From Heptranchias perlo (taxonomy: Eukaryota): 64,000 nucleotides of DNA. The stretch's first letter is position 1. Each line of letters starts with the position of its first letter. The position numbers and the translations under genes are program-made. Positions 40,251 through 52,000 of this stretch are shown here, in pieces. Where the stretch lies: contig NC_090338.1 of NCBI RefSeq assembly GCF_035084215.1, forward strand, positions 44,392,001 through 44,456,000. The letters are read 5' to 3'. Below the pieces are notes generated by a model. The model was given only the letters and a program-made list of their open reading frames with translations. It had not been told where the DNA came from and made no database searches.

Positions 40251-40467
40251 TATAACGGGTCAGTTGCTGTCTTTTCTATGTTTCTACCTCTCTATCTCTG
40301 TTTTTTTTTGGTGATTTGTATATTCGGAGACCTTGTAGGTAACACCTGTCTGTCTGCACACTGATTGCCTTGGCAACGGGCAGTTGAAAAAACTGTCTGT
40401 AATCACCAAGCATTGTTCTGTGATTTATAAATGCGATTTCATTTCGAGGATTTCATTTCCAACAACG

Positions 40468-40506
40468 TTCACCTGAGGAAGGAGGAAGCCTCCGAAAGCT
40501 TGTGAA
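40468..40506 (+). ncRNA. Minimal type I hammerhead ribozyme motif (PLE terminal repeat)
   Basis: TTCAC-CTGAGGA-A-GGAGG(AAG)CCTCC-GAAA-GCTT-GTGAA: stem I, CUGANGA core, 5-bp stem II, GAAA, palindromic AAGCUU helix III. Inverted copy at 37785-37823. Confidence 0.75.
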
Positions 40507-40912
40507 TTTAAAATAAAATTGCTGGACTATAACTTGGTGTTGTAAAATTGTTTACAATTGTCAACCCCAGTCCATCACTGGCATCTCCACATCATGAGTA
40601 TATTTAAGATTGAGATCAATGGATATTTGGACATTAAGGGGATATGGGGATAGGGCGGGAAAGCGGAATTGAGGTAGAAGATCAACCATAATCTTACTGA
40701 ATGGCGGAGCAGGCCTGAGGGGCCGTATGGCCTACTCCTGCTCATATTTCGTATGTTCTTATGTTGAGAGAGCATACTCCCTTGAGATGCATTATTATTA
40801 GTGAGTGAGACAAAGGAACCTGCAGCTTAACAATCCAATCTCTGCTCCACTCTCTTCCCTTCCATCCACCAACAGAATACCTCCATCAAACACCCATGGA
40901 GGGTGCACTCAC

Positions 40913-41088
40913 CTGTTTATTTGCTAAAAGCACCAGTGGCAGCAATGGGTCTTCTTTGAGCAGCCGATGTAGCTCCTGCCCAGCTAGAGGCAAGCGTTCC
41001 TGGTCTGTGGAATCCACCACATAAATCAACACTTGGGCTTTATTTAGGTATAGATTCCAGTATGATCGCAAGTTGCAGCTGCCACCAA
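40913..41088 (-). CDS. ARL10: ARL10 exon 3
   Basis: (I)GGSCNLRSYWNLYLNKAQVLIYVVDSTDQERLPLAGQELHRLLKEDPLLPLVLLANKQ; the atypical G3 EIGGS of ARL9/ARL10 and G4 NKQ(D); TTACAG acceptor, CAG|GTGAGT donor, 176 nt. Confidence 0.92.
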
Positions 41089-41446
41089 CTGTAAGAAAAA
41101 GATAATGTATCTTCAAGAACTAAACAGGATAGTTTGTGCATTTTCAGGTTAAAGGAATGTACTATTAAGATTGCAATAACAACTTGCATTTCCATAGCAT
41201 TCCTCAAGTGTGGGAAGATGTCTCTAAATACTTTACATTAAGTGGATGCTGAGCTGGAGGGAAAAGGGGAAAATGGAAAGTTAATCACAGTTGAAAAGAA
41301 AAGCTTTGAGGAAGTTTTTGAAAGTAGGAAGGTGGAAGGTAACTAGGCAGGGATTTTCAGAGGATTGAAGCATAATAATTGAGTGAGCGGCCACCAGTGG
41401 CGCAGTAGAGAACAAGGTGTATTGGTGATGTTAGAGCAGAGTGTGT

Positions 41447-43105
41447 TTTTTTATTTGTTCATGGGATGCGGGCGTCGCTGGCAAGGCCAGCATTTATTGC
41501 CCATCCCTAATTGCCCTTGAGAAGGTGGTGGTGAGCCGCCTTCTTGAACTGCTGCAGTCCGTGTGGTGAAGGTTCTCCCACAGTGCTGTTAGGAAGGCAG
41601 TTCCAGGATTTTGACCCTGCGACGATGAAGGAACAGCGATATATTTCCAAGTCGGGATGGTGTGTGACTTGGAGGGGAACGTGCAGGTAGTGGTGTTCCC
41701 ATGTGCCTGCTGCCTTTGTCCTTCTAGGTGGTAGAGGTCATGGGTTTGGGAGGTGCTGTTGAAGAAGCCTTGGCAAGGTGCTGCAGTGCATCCTGTGGAT
41801 GGTGCACACTGCAGCCACAGTGCGCCAGTGATGGAGGGAGTGGATGTTTAGGGTGGTGGATGGGGTGCCAATCAAGCGGGCTGCTTTGTCCTGGATGGCG
41901 CTGAGCTTCTTGAGTGTTGTTGGAGCTGCATTCATCCAGGCAAGTGGAGAGTATTCCATCACAATCCTGACTTGTGCCTTGTAGATGGTGGAAAGGTTTT
42001 GAGGACTCTGGAGGTGAGTCACTCGCCACAGAATACCCAGCCTCTGACCTGCTCTTGTAGCCACAGTATATATGTGGTTGGTCCAGTTAAGTTTCTGGTC
42101 AATGGTGACCCCCAGGATGTTGATGGTGGGGGATTTGGCGATGGTAATGCCGTTGAATGTCAAGGGGAGGTGGTTAGACTCTCTCTTGTTGGAGATGGTC
42201 GGTGCCTGGCACTTGTCTGGCGCGAATGTTACTTGCCACTTATCAGCCCAAGCCTGGATGTTGTCCAGGTCTTGCTGCATGCGGGCACGGAGTGCTTCAT
42301 TATCTGAGGGGGAGCATGAAGCTGGAAGAGGTCAGCATAGCCATGGGGGGTTTGAAAGTGAGGCTGAGAATGTTGAAGAATGTGTTGGGGCACGGGGAGC
42401 TAGCGGAGTTTTTTAAAATTATTCGTTCATGGGATGTGGGCGTCGCTGGCGAGGCCGGCATTTATTGCCCATCCCTAATTGCCCTTGAGAAGGTGGTGGT
42501 GAGCCGCCTTCTTGAACTGCTGCAGTCCATGTGGTGAAGGTTCTCCCACAGTGCTGTTAGGGAGGGAGTTCCAGGATTTTGACCCAGCGACGATGAAGGA
42601 ACGGCGATATATTTCCAAGTCGGGATGGTGTGTGACTTGGAGGGGAACATGCAGGTGGTGTTGTTCCCATGTACCTGCTGCTCTTGTCCTTCTAGGTGGT
42701 AGAGGTCACGGGTTTGGGAGGTGCTGTCGAAGAAGCCTTAGCGAGTTGCTGCAGTGCATCCTGTGGATGGTACACACTGCAGCCACTGTGGTGAAGGGAG
42801 TGAATGTTTAGGGTGGTGGATGGGGTGCCAATCAAGCGGGCTGCTTTGTCCTGGATAGTGTCGAGCTTCTTGAGTGTTGTTGGAGCTGCACTCATCCAGG
42901 CAAGTAGAGAGTATTCCATCACACTCCTGACTTGTGTCTTGTTGATGGTGGACAGGCTTTGGGGAATCAGGAGGTGAGTCACTCGCCGCAGAATACCCAG
43001 CCTCTGACCTGCTCTTGTAGCCACAGTATTTATATGGCTGGTCCAGTTAAGTTTCTGGTCAATGCTGACCCCCAGGATGTTGATGGTGGGGGATTCGGTG
43101 ATGGG
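41447..43105 (-). mobile_element. Two tandem family B LINE 3' fragments (41447-42310, 42415-43105)
   Basis: Each has the family B 3' tail and the QDLDNIQAW/YKAQVR motifs. Confidence 0.88.
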
Positions 43106-43897
43106 GTCGGAATGGGGCTAGGTGATAATGGAAAAATGAAACTGTAGGCGAGGATAGAGACTGCCATTCAGAACAATAAAGATGACATCAGTCAAAAAGG
43201 GGTTAAAAAGCTTTTTTTAAAAAAAGAACATATTACACAACAACAAAAACTTTAAAGGTGCTTTATGGCGACATGAGGAAAAAACAGACTCCAAGTCAAG
43301 AGGAGAGATTAGGGAGGGTGACCAAAAGCTTGGTTAAAGAGGTGGGTTTTAAGGATGCTATTAAAAGGAGGTGAAGTAGTGGAGAAGCCAAAATACTTAG
43401 GGAAGGAATTCCAGAGAGCGGGACCTAGATGACTAGGTATGGTGGGCAAAGGAAGGTGGGGGGCACAAGAGGCTGGAGTCAGAGCAATGAGTGTTTGGGG
43501 GGAGGGAGTTTATAGCACTGGAGGAGGTTAGAGATAAGGAAGGGAGAAGCCATGGAAGAATTTCTTGCAATCTAAATTCATTTCAAATGTGCTGTAGTTA
43601 TTGGCTGTTCTTTTTACTCTTTTCTATTAACTCAGTGATTCCCAATGTCTCTGTCCTTTGCCCCACTTTGTTCCTTTTCATTATCAATGGGCCTCCCCAA
43701 TTCATCATCCAGCCCTATCCATTGTTTTGCTAAGAATTCCATTCTATATTCAGGAACTTCCTTCAGATGACATACCCTCAATGCACACATTCTCCATTTC
43801 TTTCTCAATCCAGTAGCTGAATTACTACATCTTGAGCTCCTCTATTCTGCTTGATGTGACCATAAAAAGTTGTTTCTTTCAGTTCCTCTGAGATATA

Positions 43898-45563
43898 GAG
43901 GGAAAAAGAAATTGGATAAGGCCTGTTTTCAGGCGCGGGTAGCGCGATGCACTATTAACCCGCACCCAATGGCCCCTGTGCAGGCAGGACGAGACTTTTG
44001 TCCGGCCTGAGGACTTACCTGTAAGCAGCATTGGAAATCAGCCTTGACACAAGGATTCAATGCTATTCTCACTTTCCACCTGCAGGGGGAGCCCCAATCT
44101 CTTAAAGGCAGGTTATCTCTTAAAATCTCCTAAAAGGTAGCTGGTACCTGCTTTTTGCTAAAAATAATACTCTGCAGTCTGCACAGAGTCTGAACGGAGA
44201 TCAGACATGGCACACATAAAACAAAGATGCAGGTCCCGTCCCTATGTTTACAAACTGATGAGTTATATTAAAACATTGAATAAAGGTTGAGCACTACTAA
44301 ATCCCATATCTTCCAATCTGCATGCCAGACCTCACTAATCTGCTGATCTGAGTTTGTACTAGGCCTGCGAGAGAGCGTGTACTAAGGTTCTCTGCTAAGG
44401 CCTTGGTGCAAGAGGTGGACGGAAGGAGGGGCATCCTATATCCACAGGGGGGCAAGAGGCCCACCAGACATATGCCCAAAAGGCAGTGGGAGGCAGTCGA
44501 TGCCAGGTGCATAGCACGACGAACATGGATGCAGTGCAGGAAGAAGTTCAATGCTTTGACACGAGTGGTCAAGGTTAGAGAGGTCAACTGTCAAGTGGCG
44601 TTTTCTACAAACTGCACCACTAGCCGCATCCACAGCTCCACGCACTATACCCCCCATCACCCACATACCAACAAACTCTTTCCATCAGTACTCAACTCTT
44701 CCAATCAGATGCTTCCTCTCACCCTTACACATTACCACTGTTGCAGGCCACACACCCACAACTTATAGATCACACACACTGGCAGCTATTCAACCATGAC
44801 AGGCACATCACATAGACACACATTCCACTTTCTTGCAGGAGAAGGTGGTGCATATCAGGAGGCAGCAAGTCGCAGTGGCGTTTAGCCCCACGAGCCTGTT
44901 CTGCCATTCAATGAGATTATGGCGGACTTGTTACTTAACTCTATATACCCATATATACCTTAGCCCCATATCCTTTAATACCCTTGGTTCACAGAAACCT
45001 ATCAATCTCAGATTTAGAATTCACAATTGAGCTAGCATCAACGTTTGCAGAAGAATGTTCCAAACTTCTCCCACCCTTTGTGTGTAGAAGCATTTCCTAA
45101 CTTCACTCCAGCACGTCCTGGCTCTAAATGTTAGGCTATGTCCGCTAGTCCTAGTATTCAAGTGTAGGAGACCTCCAAAAACAGATACAAATGTATTGGC
45201 AGCCAGAAGCAGTAATCCAGCCACTAACCTGTAAATCCTGCATGGTCCCTTTAAATAACCCTAGTGGGGGGTCCTCCAGGCACTCTAAGACATGTTCAGA
45301 TGGTCGTGGTTAAGACTGTGAGTTGAGCGTTAAGTGCCAAAATGGTGTCTTTCACTTTAAATCAGCGTTGCACACTGATTGTATTACTTTACATGGAGCT
45401 GCTGTTCGGTATTTGCGCATGTGCTAATACCTATACCAAGATGGCATCCGGCACACTTCACGTTGGAAACGTATGTGCGCAGCCAAGATGCCATCTTGGA
45501 TGTTCGGGAGACCACGTAACACCAAAACAATGGCGAGCGGATACATGACCCAATTTAGCACCC
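43898..45563 (+). mobile_element. Degenerate PIF/Harbinger-like element with Myb/SANT-like ORF remnant
   Basis: RERVLRFSAKALVQEVDGRRGILYP..KRQWEAV..RRTWMQCRKKFNALTRVVK | intron | EKVVHIRRQQ resembles Harbinger accessory (NAIF1/MSANTD-type) proteins; GC-rich ends with weak TIRs; CR1 fragment nested at ~44890-45155. Boundaries approximate. Confidence 0.6.
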
Positions 45564-46184
45564 ATAGTTTCTTATGTCTCTCACAAGTCTAATTAACAGC
45601 CTTACCTTTGGAGCTCCACCTTTACCTTTCTTCATTTATTGGCATTCTTAGCCTCACTATCTGCTCTGACCTCAAACAACACTCCCACATCTTCTGCAGC
45701 TATTTCCAAGAAGCTTGTTTTTCTCCTTTGTGCCAAATACTTCTTTTCCACTCAACATTTCTTAACTTATAATAAAGCTCAAATCTGCTCAAGACTTGAA
45801 TACTGCTCCTTTATCTGGGAAGGCTCTTTCAGAACATTTCTCATACTTCTGGACAGGATTATGGAAAAAGCTGGTTATCTGAAAAGTGATCTTTCTCTCA
45901 CCTCTAACCTTTCCTTTATCACAAGTTTCTTTGGCAGTCTCTGATTTATGAAAACTGCTCTGGTTATTGCTCCCCTTAACTTTCCTCTCTTGTTCTTCAT
46001 AAACTGCAAATATATCATTCTATACACTTTTTCCCCTCTCTATCCTCACTGTTGAAATGAACTAACTCATCTTTACCAGGATATCAAAACTGTGCACTCT
46101 TACCTCATAACAGTAACACAGTTTTTTCACAACTCTTCTGAATCCTGCACCTTCACAATGCTGTATCCAGAATATTATACTCAC

Positions 46185-46353
46185 TTTCTAGGAAATCCAA
46201 TTTGCAGCCTCTCGTATGTATGCAGACTGCATTAAAGCCTTGGGTAGGTGATGAATTACGTTTCACTGTGCGGGTGGCCAAACAGTTGAGAATGCTGGTT
46301 TTTCCAGCACCGTCTAAACCAAGAACCAGAATCTTCTTTTCCCTAGGTTGCGT
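46185..46353 (-). CDS. ARL10: ARL10 exon 2 (P-loop)
   Basis: CAG acceptor; TQPREKKILVLGLDGAGKTSILNCLATRTVKRNSSPTQGFNAVCIHTRGCKLDFLE; G1 GLDGAGKT and switch I PTQGFN; A|GTGAGT donor, 169 nt. Confidence 0.92.
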
Positions 46354-47304
46354 CTGTTTGAAAAAAATTCCAACAATTTAGTAAAGAAGCAAGCTATGCA
46401 AGATAATCAAAGTGAAGCAAAGGAATGAAACCACAGTAGATAGAGCATAAAAGGTAACAGCGGTGTAACATGTGGATAAGAGACAAACCCATCTAATACG
46501 TTAGACATGTAATGGCTCTTCCATCATCAACATAACTTCTCCAGCTTCAAACATTAACATTCTTGCTTTCAACTTACCCCATTTTACAGCATACATACAC
46601 TGCCTCTGTGGGAATGGACAATGAGGTAAACTTCAACCATATAGTACCAGATGCAATGAATTATTATGGATTATTTGGTATACTGGGATGTAGAGATTGT
46701 GCAAACGGCTTCACTCAGCAACAATTTATTTGCCCTATGACAGTTTTATTGCTACTCAAATTATATTCACAGTATCCTAATCAAATCCTTTCCCCCATGC
46801 ACGACAATGAAGACAATAAAATCAGAACAGAAAGACCAATAAAGATTTTTTAAAGATATATATATATATATATGATAGTTATTAGCTTTTAAGTGGAAAG
46901 CATCTCTCGGTAGCAGAGTGTTAAAATCAAAAATGAATGTGTTTAAAAATATAAATTGATAGATGACAGGTCCTACTGGCTTTTCGCTTTCCTCATCAGC
47001 TTCTCTAATCACTTCACTGCCGAGGGATGCTTTCTACCTGCAAATAGCAGAACAAAGCAAAGGGGAGAAGAGTAGAAAGAAAATGAGACAGCAAATGAAA
47101 TATGAGTCGAGAGGGACAAACAGCAACAAGTTAAAGATGAAAGTGGAAAACAGAAATTAAAAGTGCATGTATTAAAGCAACATTCTGCCACAATTCAGAA
47201 CTAAATATTTTACCCTGAAAAGAATCTAATATGTTGGGGAGAAAGACATGCATATTTAAAACATAAAGTGAGATGTATGACTGAATTTGTGCTTTGACAA
47301 CGTC

Positions 47305-47560
47305 TCTGATGGCTCAGTTGGTAAATGCGTTCCCTCGTATTGGATTGAGTGATACAGACTTTGAAGTTCCCTGGCCCAATGCCTGGTTTGTTCTGAGTTA
47401 GCTAATCTCAGTCCATAGGAATTATACAATTAGGTTCAATCTCCCTACGTTAGAGAAGAGAAAAATCTGAGAGGGTTTCCACTAACAATTGCTATCAAGT
47501 GATCACTTTAGAAAATGTGCGTTTGTGTGGATGTTTGGTGAGAATGGAATCAGGATCAAT
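47305..47560 (+). mobile_element. tRNA-derived SINE, degenerate
   Basis: TGGCTCAGTTGG A-box head; no complete cloverleaf. Confidence 0.5.
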
Positions 47561-48479
47561 GGTCATTATCCCCTCCAGGTAAATAACCTGCCAACACTCC
47601 CAGTCTTGACTCACACCTGGAAAATGGCCATTTGGGTGAGTGGGTGGAGGGCAGAAAGCACTTGTACAGGAGTTAACATCATCAGCAATGAGGGGAGAGA
47701 ACATTTGGGGAGGGCAAAACAAAGAGTTTGTGCTTTAGGGTCAGTTAGTTGATTTTTCATAACTCCATATCAAAAATATCCAAACTAAGAAACATCTAAT
47801 TTACTGCAACCATGACTGCACCATCTTTATAAATACAGCCAAGCAACTGTTCCACACCAATCAACTGTGATCGTGTCATCATAACATTTTGTTTTAATTT
47901 TTCTTTTTAAAACAAAGAAATATATAATAGTTTTAACCATGATTACCATTTACTTGCTCAATAATTTTACTTTGTAAAGGTATTACTCTTAAATACCTTT
48001 TATCTGTTGTTGTCATCGAGTGCAACAATAGATAAAAGGTATTACAAGAAGAATATTTTAACGCTAATTCCAAAATGTAATCGTGCTTTAATTAAATAGT
48101 ATAAACCACAGAAAGAATTAACAGACGTGACTACCTAAGCTGGATGTAGTCTGTAACCACCAATTAAAACCTAAAACGAATTTGCAAATATTGCTTTATC
48201 ACTATGATTAGTTTACAGTAATTTATACTTGAATAATTTCAGACTAGGTCAAAACACGCTTATATTTGAACATTTGTAAACCAAAAAATGATAATTTCTG
48301 TAGCCTACTTTTCCTTAAAATATTGCATCTCAGTAAAGCATAGCATAAAATTCTTTAGTTCAGTTCATGTCTGAGCATGCTTGTATCATTGATGTTTGTG
48401 GCTCAGAAGGTGATCATTCAGCAAGTCGTGTCTGTGCCAATTCTTTGCTAGAGCAATCCGATACTAATCCAGAAGCAGA

Positions 48480-48600
48480 ACACTGCGGATGCTGGAAATC
48501 TGAAATAAAAACAGAAAATGCTGGAAACACTCAGCAAGCGAAGCAGCATCTGTGGAGAGAGTTAACGTTTCAGGTCTTTCGTCAGAACTGGAAGAAGTTA
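48480..48600 (-). mobile_element. Older PLE-like terminal repeat with degenerate hammerhead
   Basis: Minus strand AGTT-CTGACGA-AAGACCT-GAAA-CGTT-AACT, then ..TTTCAGATTTCCAGCATCCGCAG; related copies at ~49500-49680, 58450-58580, 59000-59070 and 1935-1985. Confidence 0.6.
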
Positions 48601-48883
48601 AAGATTTAACAGTTTATAAGCAAGTCCAGAGCCAGGCACACTAATCCATTGCCTTGCTCTCTCCATAACCCTGTGTCTACCTGTTTCAATTTTTATCCAC
48701 TTTTCCTTAGAACGGAAGAATGCTCTTTGTGGCAAAGCATTCCATGCCCTAGCTCTCTGTGTCAAGAAAAACCGTCATAAACCGAATGACCTTAATAGGA
48801 TTTGATAGCGACATCTGCCAGTTCTCGTTTCCTCCTGATACACAAAAGAAATACGCCCACAGTACTAGTTCTTTCCCTTTTAC

Positions 48884-49018
48884 CTCTTTGATAATATCGT
48901 ACTCTTCTTCGGAATAACGCCTTTTGCTGTTAAAGTATCTCCACGAGATGAACACAACGCTGCCCAGGATTGCAGCCACAGCTCCCAATGCCGCTCCAAT
49001 TTGCCGCAGGTGAGACAT
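48884..49018 (-). CDS. ARL10: ADP-ribosylation factor-like GTPase 10, coding exon 1 (N-terminal TM anchor)
   Basis: MSHLRQIGAALGAVAAILGSVVFISWRYFNSKRRYSEEEYDIIKE; hydrophobic N-terminal segment as in ARL10; GAG|GTAAAA donor, phase 0. Confidence 0.82.
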
Positions 49019-52000
49019 CGTTCCACGTTGATCTCCGGCCAACACGGACAATAAACGCCGCCTTGCTCTGCTCCCAGCACGTCACGCCACAGACTCGTAA
49101 CCAGCGGCACCAGCAGGAGTTTCTCTGCTTCAAATGGATTCCTTCCAATTTGTAAACAAGAAACGTATACTAAGAGCCAAAGAAAGTTTGAGACAGGTTC
49201 AGGATTTTCTGTGCGTGCATTGTGGGAATCCGATTATGGTTTGTTTCAATGCGAATAGATAAACTGTTTTAACATCCATCAGATTATTGCCAGCAGGGAA
49301 GGTATGTCACATTCTGTCACACAGAAGCAAAACAACAGTACGTGCTTATCATTTTTAATTTAATTGCCAGCACGGCTGGTGGACTGGCTAAATAGAATTC
49401 TTCGTCAGTGACAAAATGACCATTGATTGTAACTGTGACAGCCTATCTGATCACTGTCTGCTAAGAAAATACTGTTTGAAAAAACACAACATATTATGTA
49501 AATTAAAAACAGAAAATGCTGGAGAAGCTCAGCAAGTGAGGCAGCATCGGTAGAGAAAGAAAGAGTTAACGTTTCAGATTGAAGACATTTGATCAGAACT
49601 GGAAGATGTTAAAGAGTCTCTATTTCAGTCTCTATTTATGAAATCTCGATATTAGATTTCCAGCATCTGCAGTATTTTCATAGAATCATGGAAGAAAGCC
49701 ATTCGGCCTATCGAGTCCGCGAGGGCCCTATGCATGAGCAATCCAGCTAGTCCCACTGCCCCGCCCTATCCCTGTAGCCCTGCGCATTTTTTCATTTCAA
49801 GTACTTATCCAGTTCCCTTTTGAAGACCATGATTGAATCTGCCTTCACCACCCCCTCGGGCAGTGCGTTCCAGATCCTAACCACTCGCTGTGTAAAAAAG
49901 TTTTTCCTCCTATCACCTTTGGTTCTTGTTTTGATATTATGTAAAATAACGTTTTATCTCATTAAGTAAAAATACCTTTGCCGTCATCTTTAAAAAAAGA
50001 AATAACTCAATTCTTTATTTCCATCCTAAAGATCAGCTTATCCAAAAAAAAGCCTTAAAAAGAATAAATTATAAGATTGCCCCAGTTAATATTTTATATC
50101 CCTGGAATCAACTAGGACCTTCTAACAAAATGCTCTGAACAAGAACTTGCATTTCATCAGCTGCTGTTTAGTAAGCTCAACTGATTCTGTTGCTTTGTTT
50201 TAATGCAATACATTAACTCATCTACATTTTTAAACAGATTCACATTTGATTTTTATCAGGATATCTCTCCAAGTATAAACAATAGCAGATCCAGCAATTT
50301 TCCATTCTCTTCATTCCTTTTCTAGGTTTATTTTAAATTGGATTTTCCAAAAAGTACAAGCAATTTCCTCCAGCGGTTTTTTTAAACAAATGCATGCTCA
50401 GTAAATCTGAAATCTCAAGAGTTAACTATTTTATTAAAACAATCACAGACAAAGCTAAACTTGTCTGCCAGAGAAATTGTCTTTATCTTGTGTTTGTGAT
50501 GGAATTAACTATTACATCAAAGCACTTCAATACTCATAGTAATGTTAAAGGAGGGGCATATCCCCCATAGTAAAAGATACAATGACGTTGGCTTATACTC
50601 ACCACCCCTCATTGTTTTGCACAGATTGGAGATCACCAGAACATCTACGAACAACCCCCCTCGCAGGAGGAAGATACTACTAACAAAAAACAGGCAATCT
50701 GTCCCAAGTAAAATCAATATTAAATAATTAAAACAGTAATAGTCAAATCTGAATTGATAAGGCAGTCAATTCTGTGTGGGGCCTGCCATTTGTGGAAAGC
50801 TTCTAGCAAACTGGTGGGTGCATAATGGCACCCAGGCATGTCCTAAAATTCTAATCATGGGCAAGTGATCAGTTGGTTACCTTTGTAAATAAATGTAACT
50901 AGCTGCCAACCAGGGAAGAAACTGGTCACCATCCATTATTGTTTTCCCTCCTTTGTCTCTCCCCCAATAACCTAGTTAAGATTGGGAAACTGCATCATAG
51001 GGAAATCACATGAACAATCCTGTGCCATGTCATGATGCATCAAATTAGTACAATCATTCTCTGGGCAACTGGCCAGTCCTCAAAAAGTCAATTTTTAAAA
51101 GTTCTTTCTGGTGCATTTTGTTTTGAAGATACTTTGCAGCAGATTTCAATGCAAGGTACGTGTAATTTCTTTCCACAAATACTTGACGGAAAAAATTTAC
51201 AGGGCTATGGGGAAAGAGCAGGGGAGTGGGACCAATTGGATAGCTCTTTCAGACAGCCGACACAGGCACAATGGGCTGAATGGCCTCCTTCTATGCAGTA
51301 ACATACTATGATACTATGATACCACTGCCCTTTGCTCTTTCCCTTTGGACTTCTGGCAATAAAATTCACACAGTATTCACCTGTAATTTAGTCCTGAATA
51401 CTTCATAAATATTGTTTTATAAAAGAAAGTACATCAATATATTATTTGTGTTATTTTAAAGCTCTCCATCTCTGTACATCATTTCCCAGCCAAGCTTAGG
51501 CTTCTAGCAACAAGATTTGGTTCTACAAGCAAATTATGAGTTTTCCTCAGCCATCCAAAAAATAGATTCAATCAGAGGCTGAAAAACTATTGCCTATAAA
51601 ATACTGTATGCAGTTTATGAAACTATCTATATATCTGAAACAAAGCATGTGTTAAAGATAGACTTCACACATATACATGTAGTGCAAATTAAAAAAAACA
51701 CTATCTCTCCCACATAATTAAAAACACTTTCCCATGAAACTGTAGCAGATGCAACATCTGTTTATATATGGTTTCTCATACCATTTTCAAGATAGTTCAG
51801 TCATGTGAGACAGCAATATATTACTCATTTCAATCTAGTATACTGTATTTGTTGCTTGTAGTGGGATCGTCTCTACATTACAAAGACAAAATGCAGACTG
51901 GGTGACTGCATTGCCAATTATCTTCATTCTGCATGCAAGTAATCCTCACCTCTCTCTGGTTTAACATTTCAACTCCCTTAGTGGCCCCTAGCAGGCAGCG

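Larger units (their letters stand above)
37734..40594 (+). mobile_element. Composite Penelope-like element (Neptune-type) insertion with inverted terminal arms
   Basis: Flanked by TGAGTATATTTAA direct repeats (37721-37733, 40595-40607) inside an older CR1 3' end; left arm 37734-38285 is the reverse complement of 40017-40557. Confidence 0.9.

Noticed and set aside
46975-47005. Minus-strand CTGATGA-GGAAAGC-GAAA resembling a hammerhead core
   Set aside because: Stem II is at most 1 bp and no complementary stem I or III arms were found.
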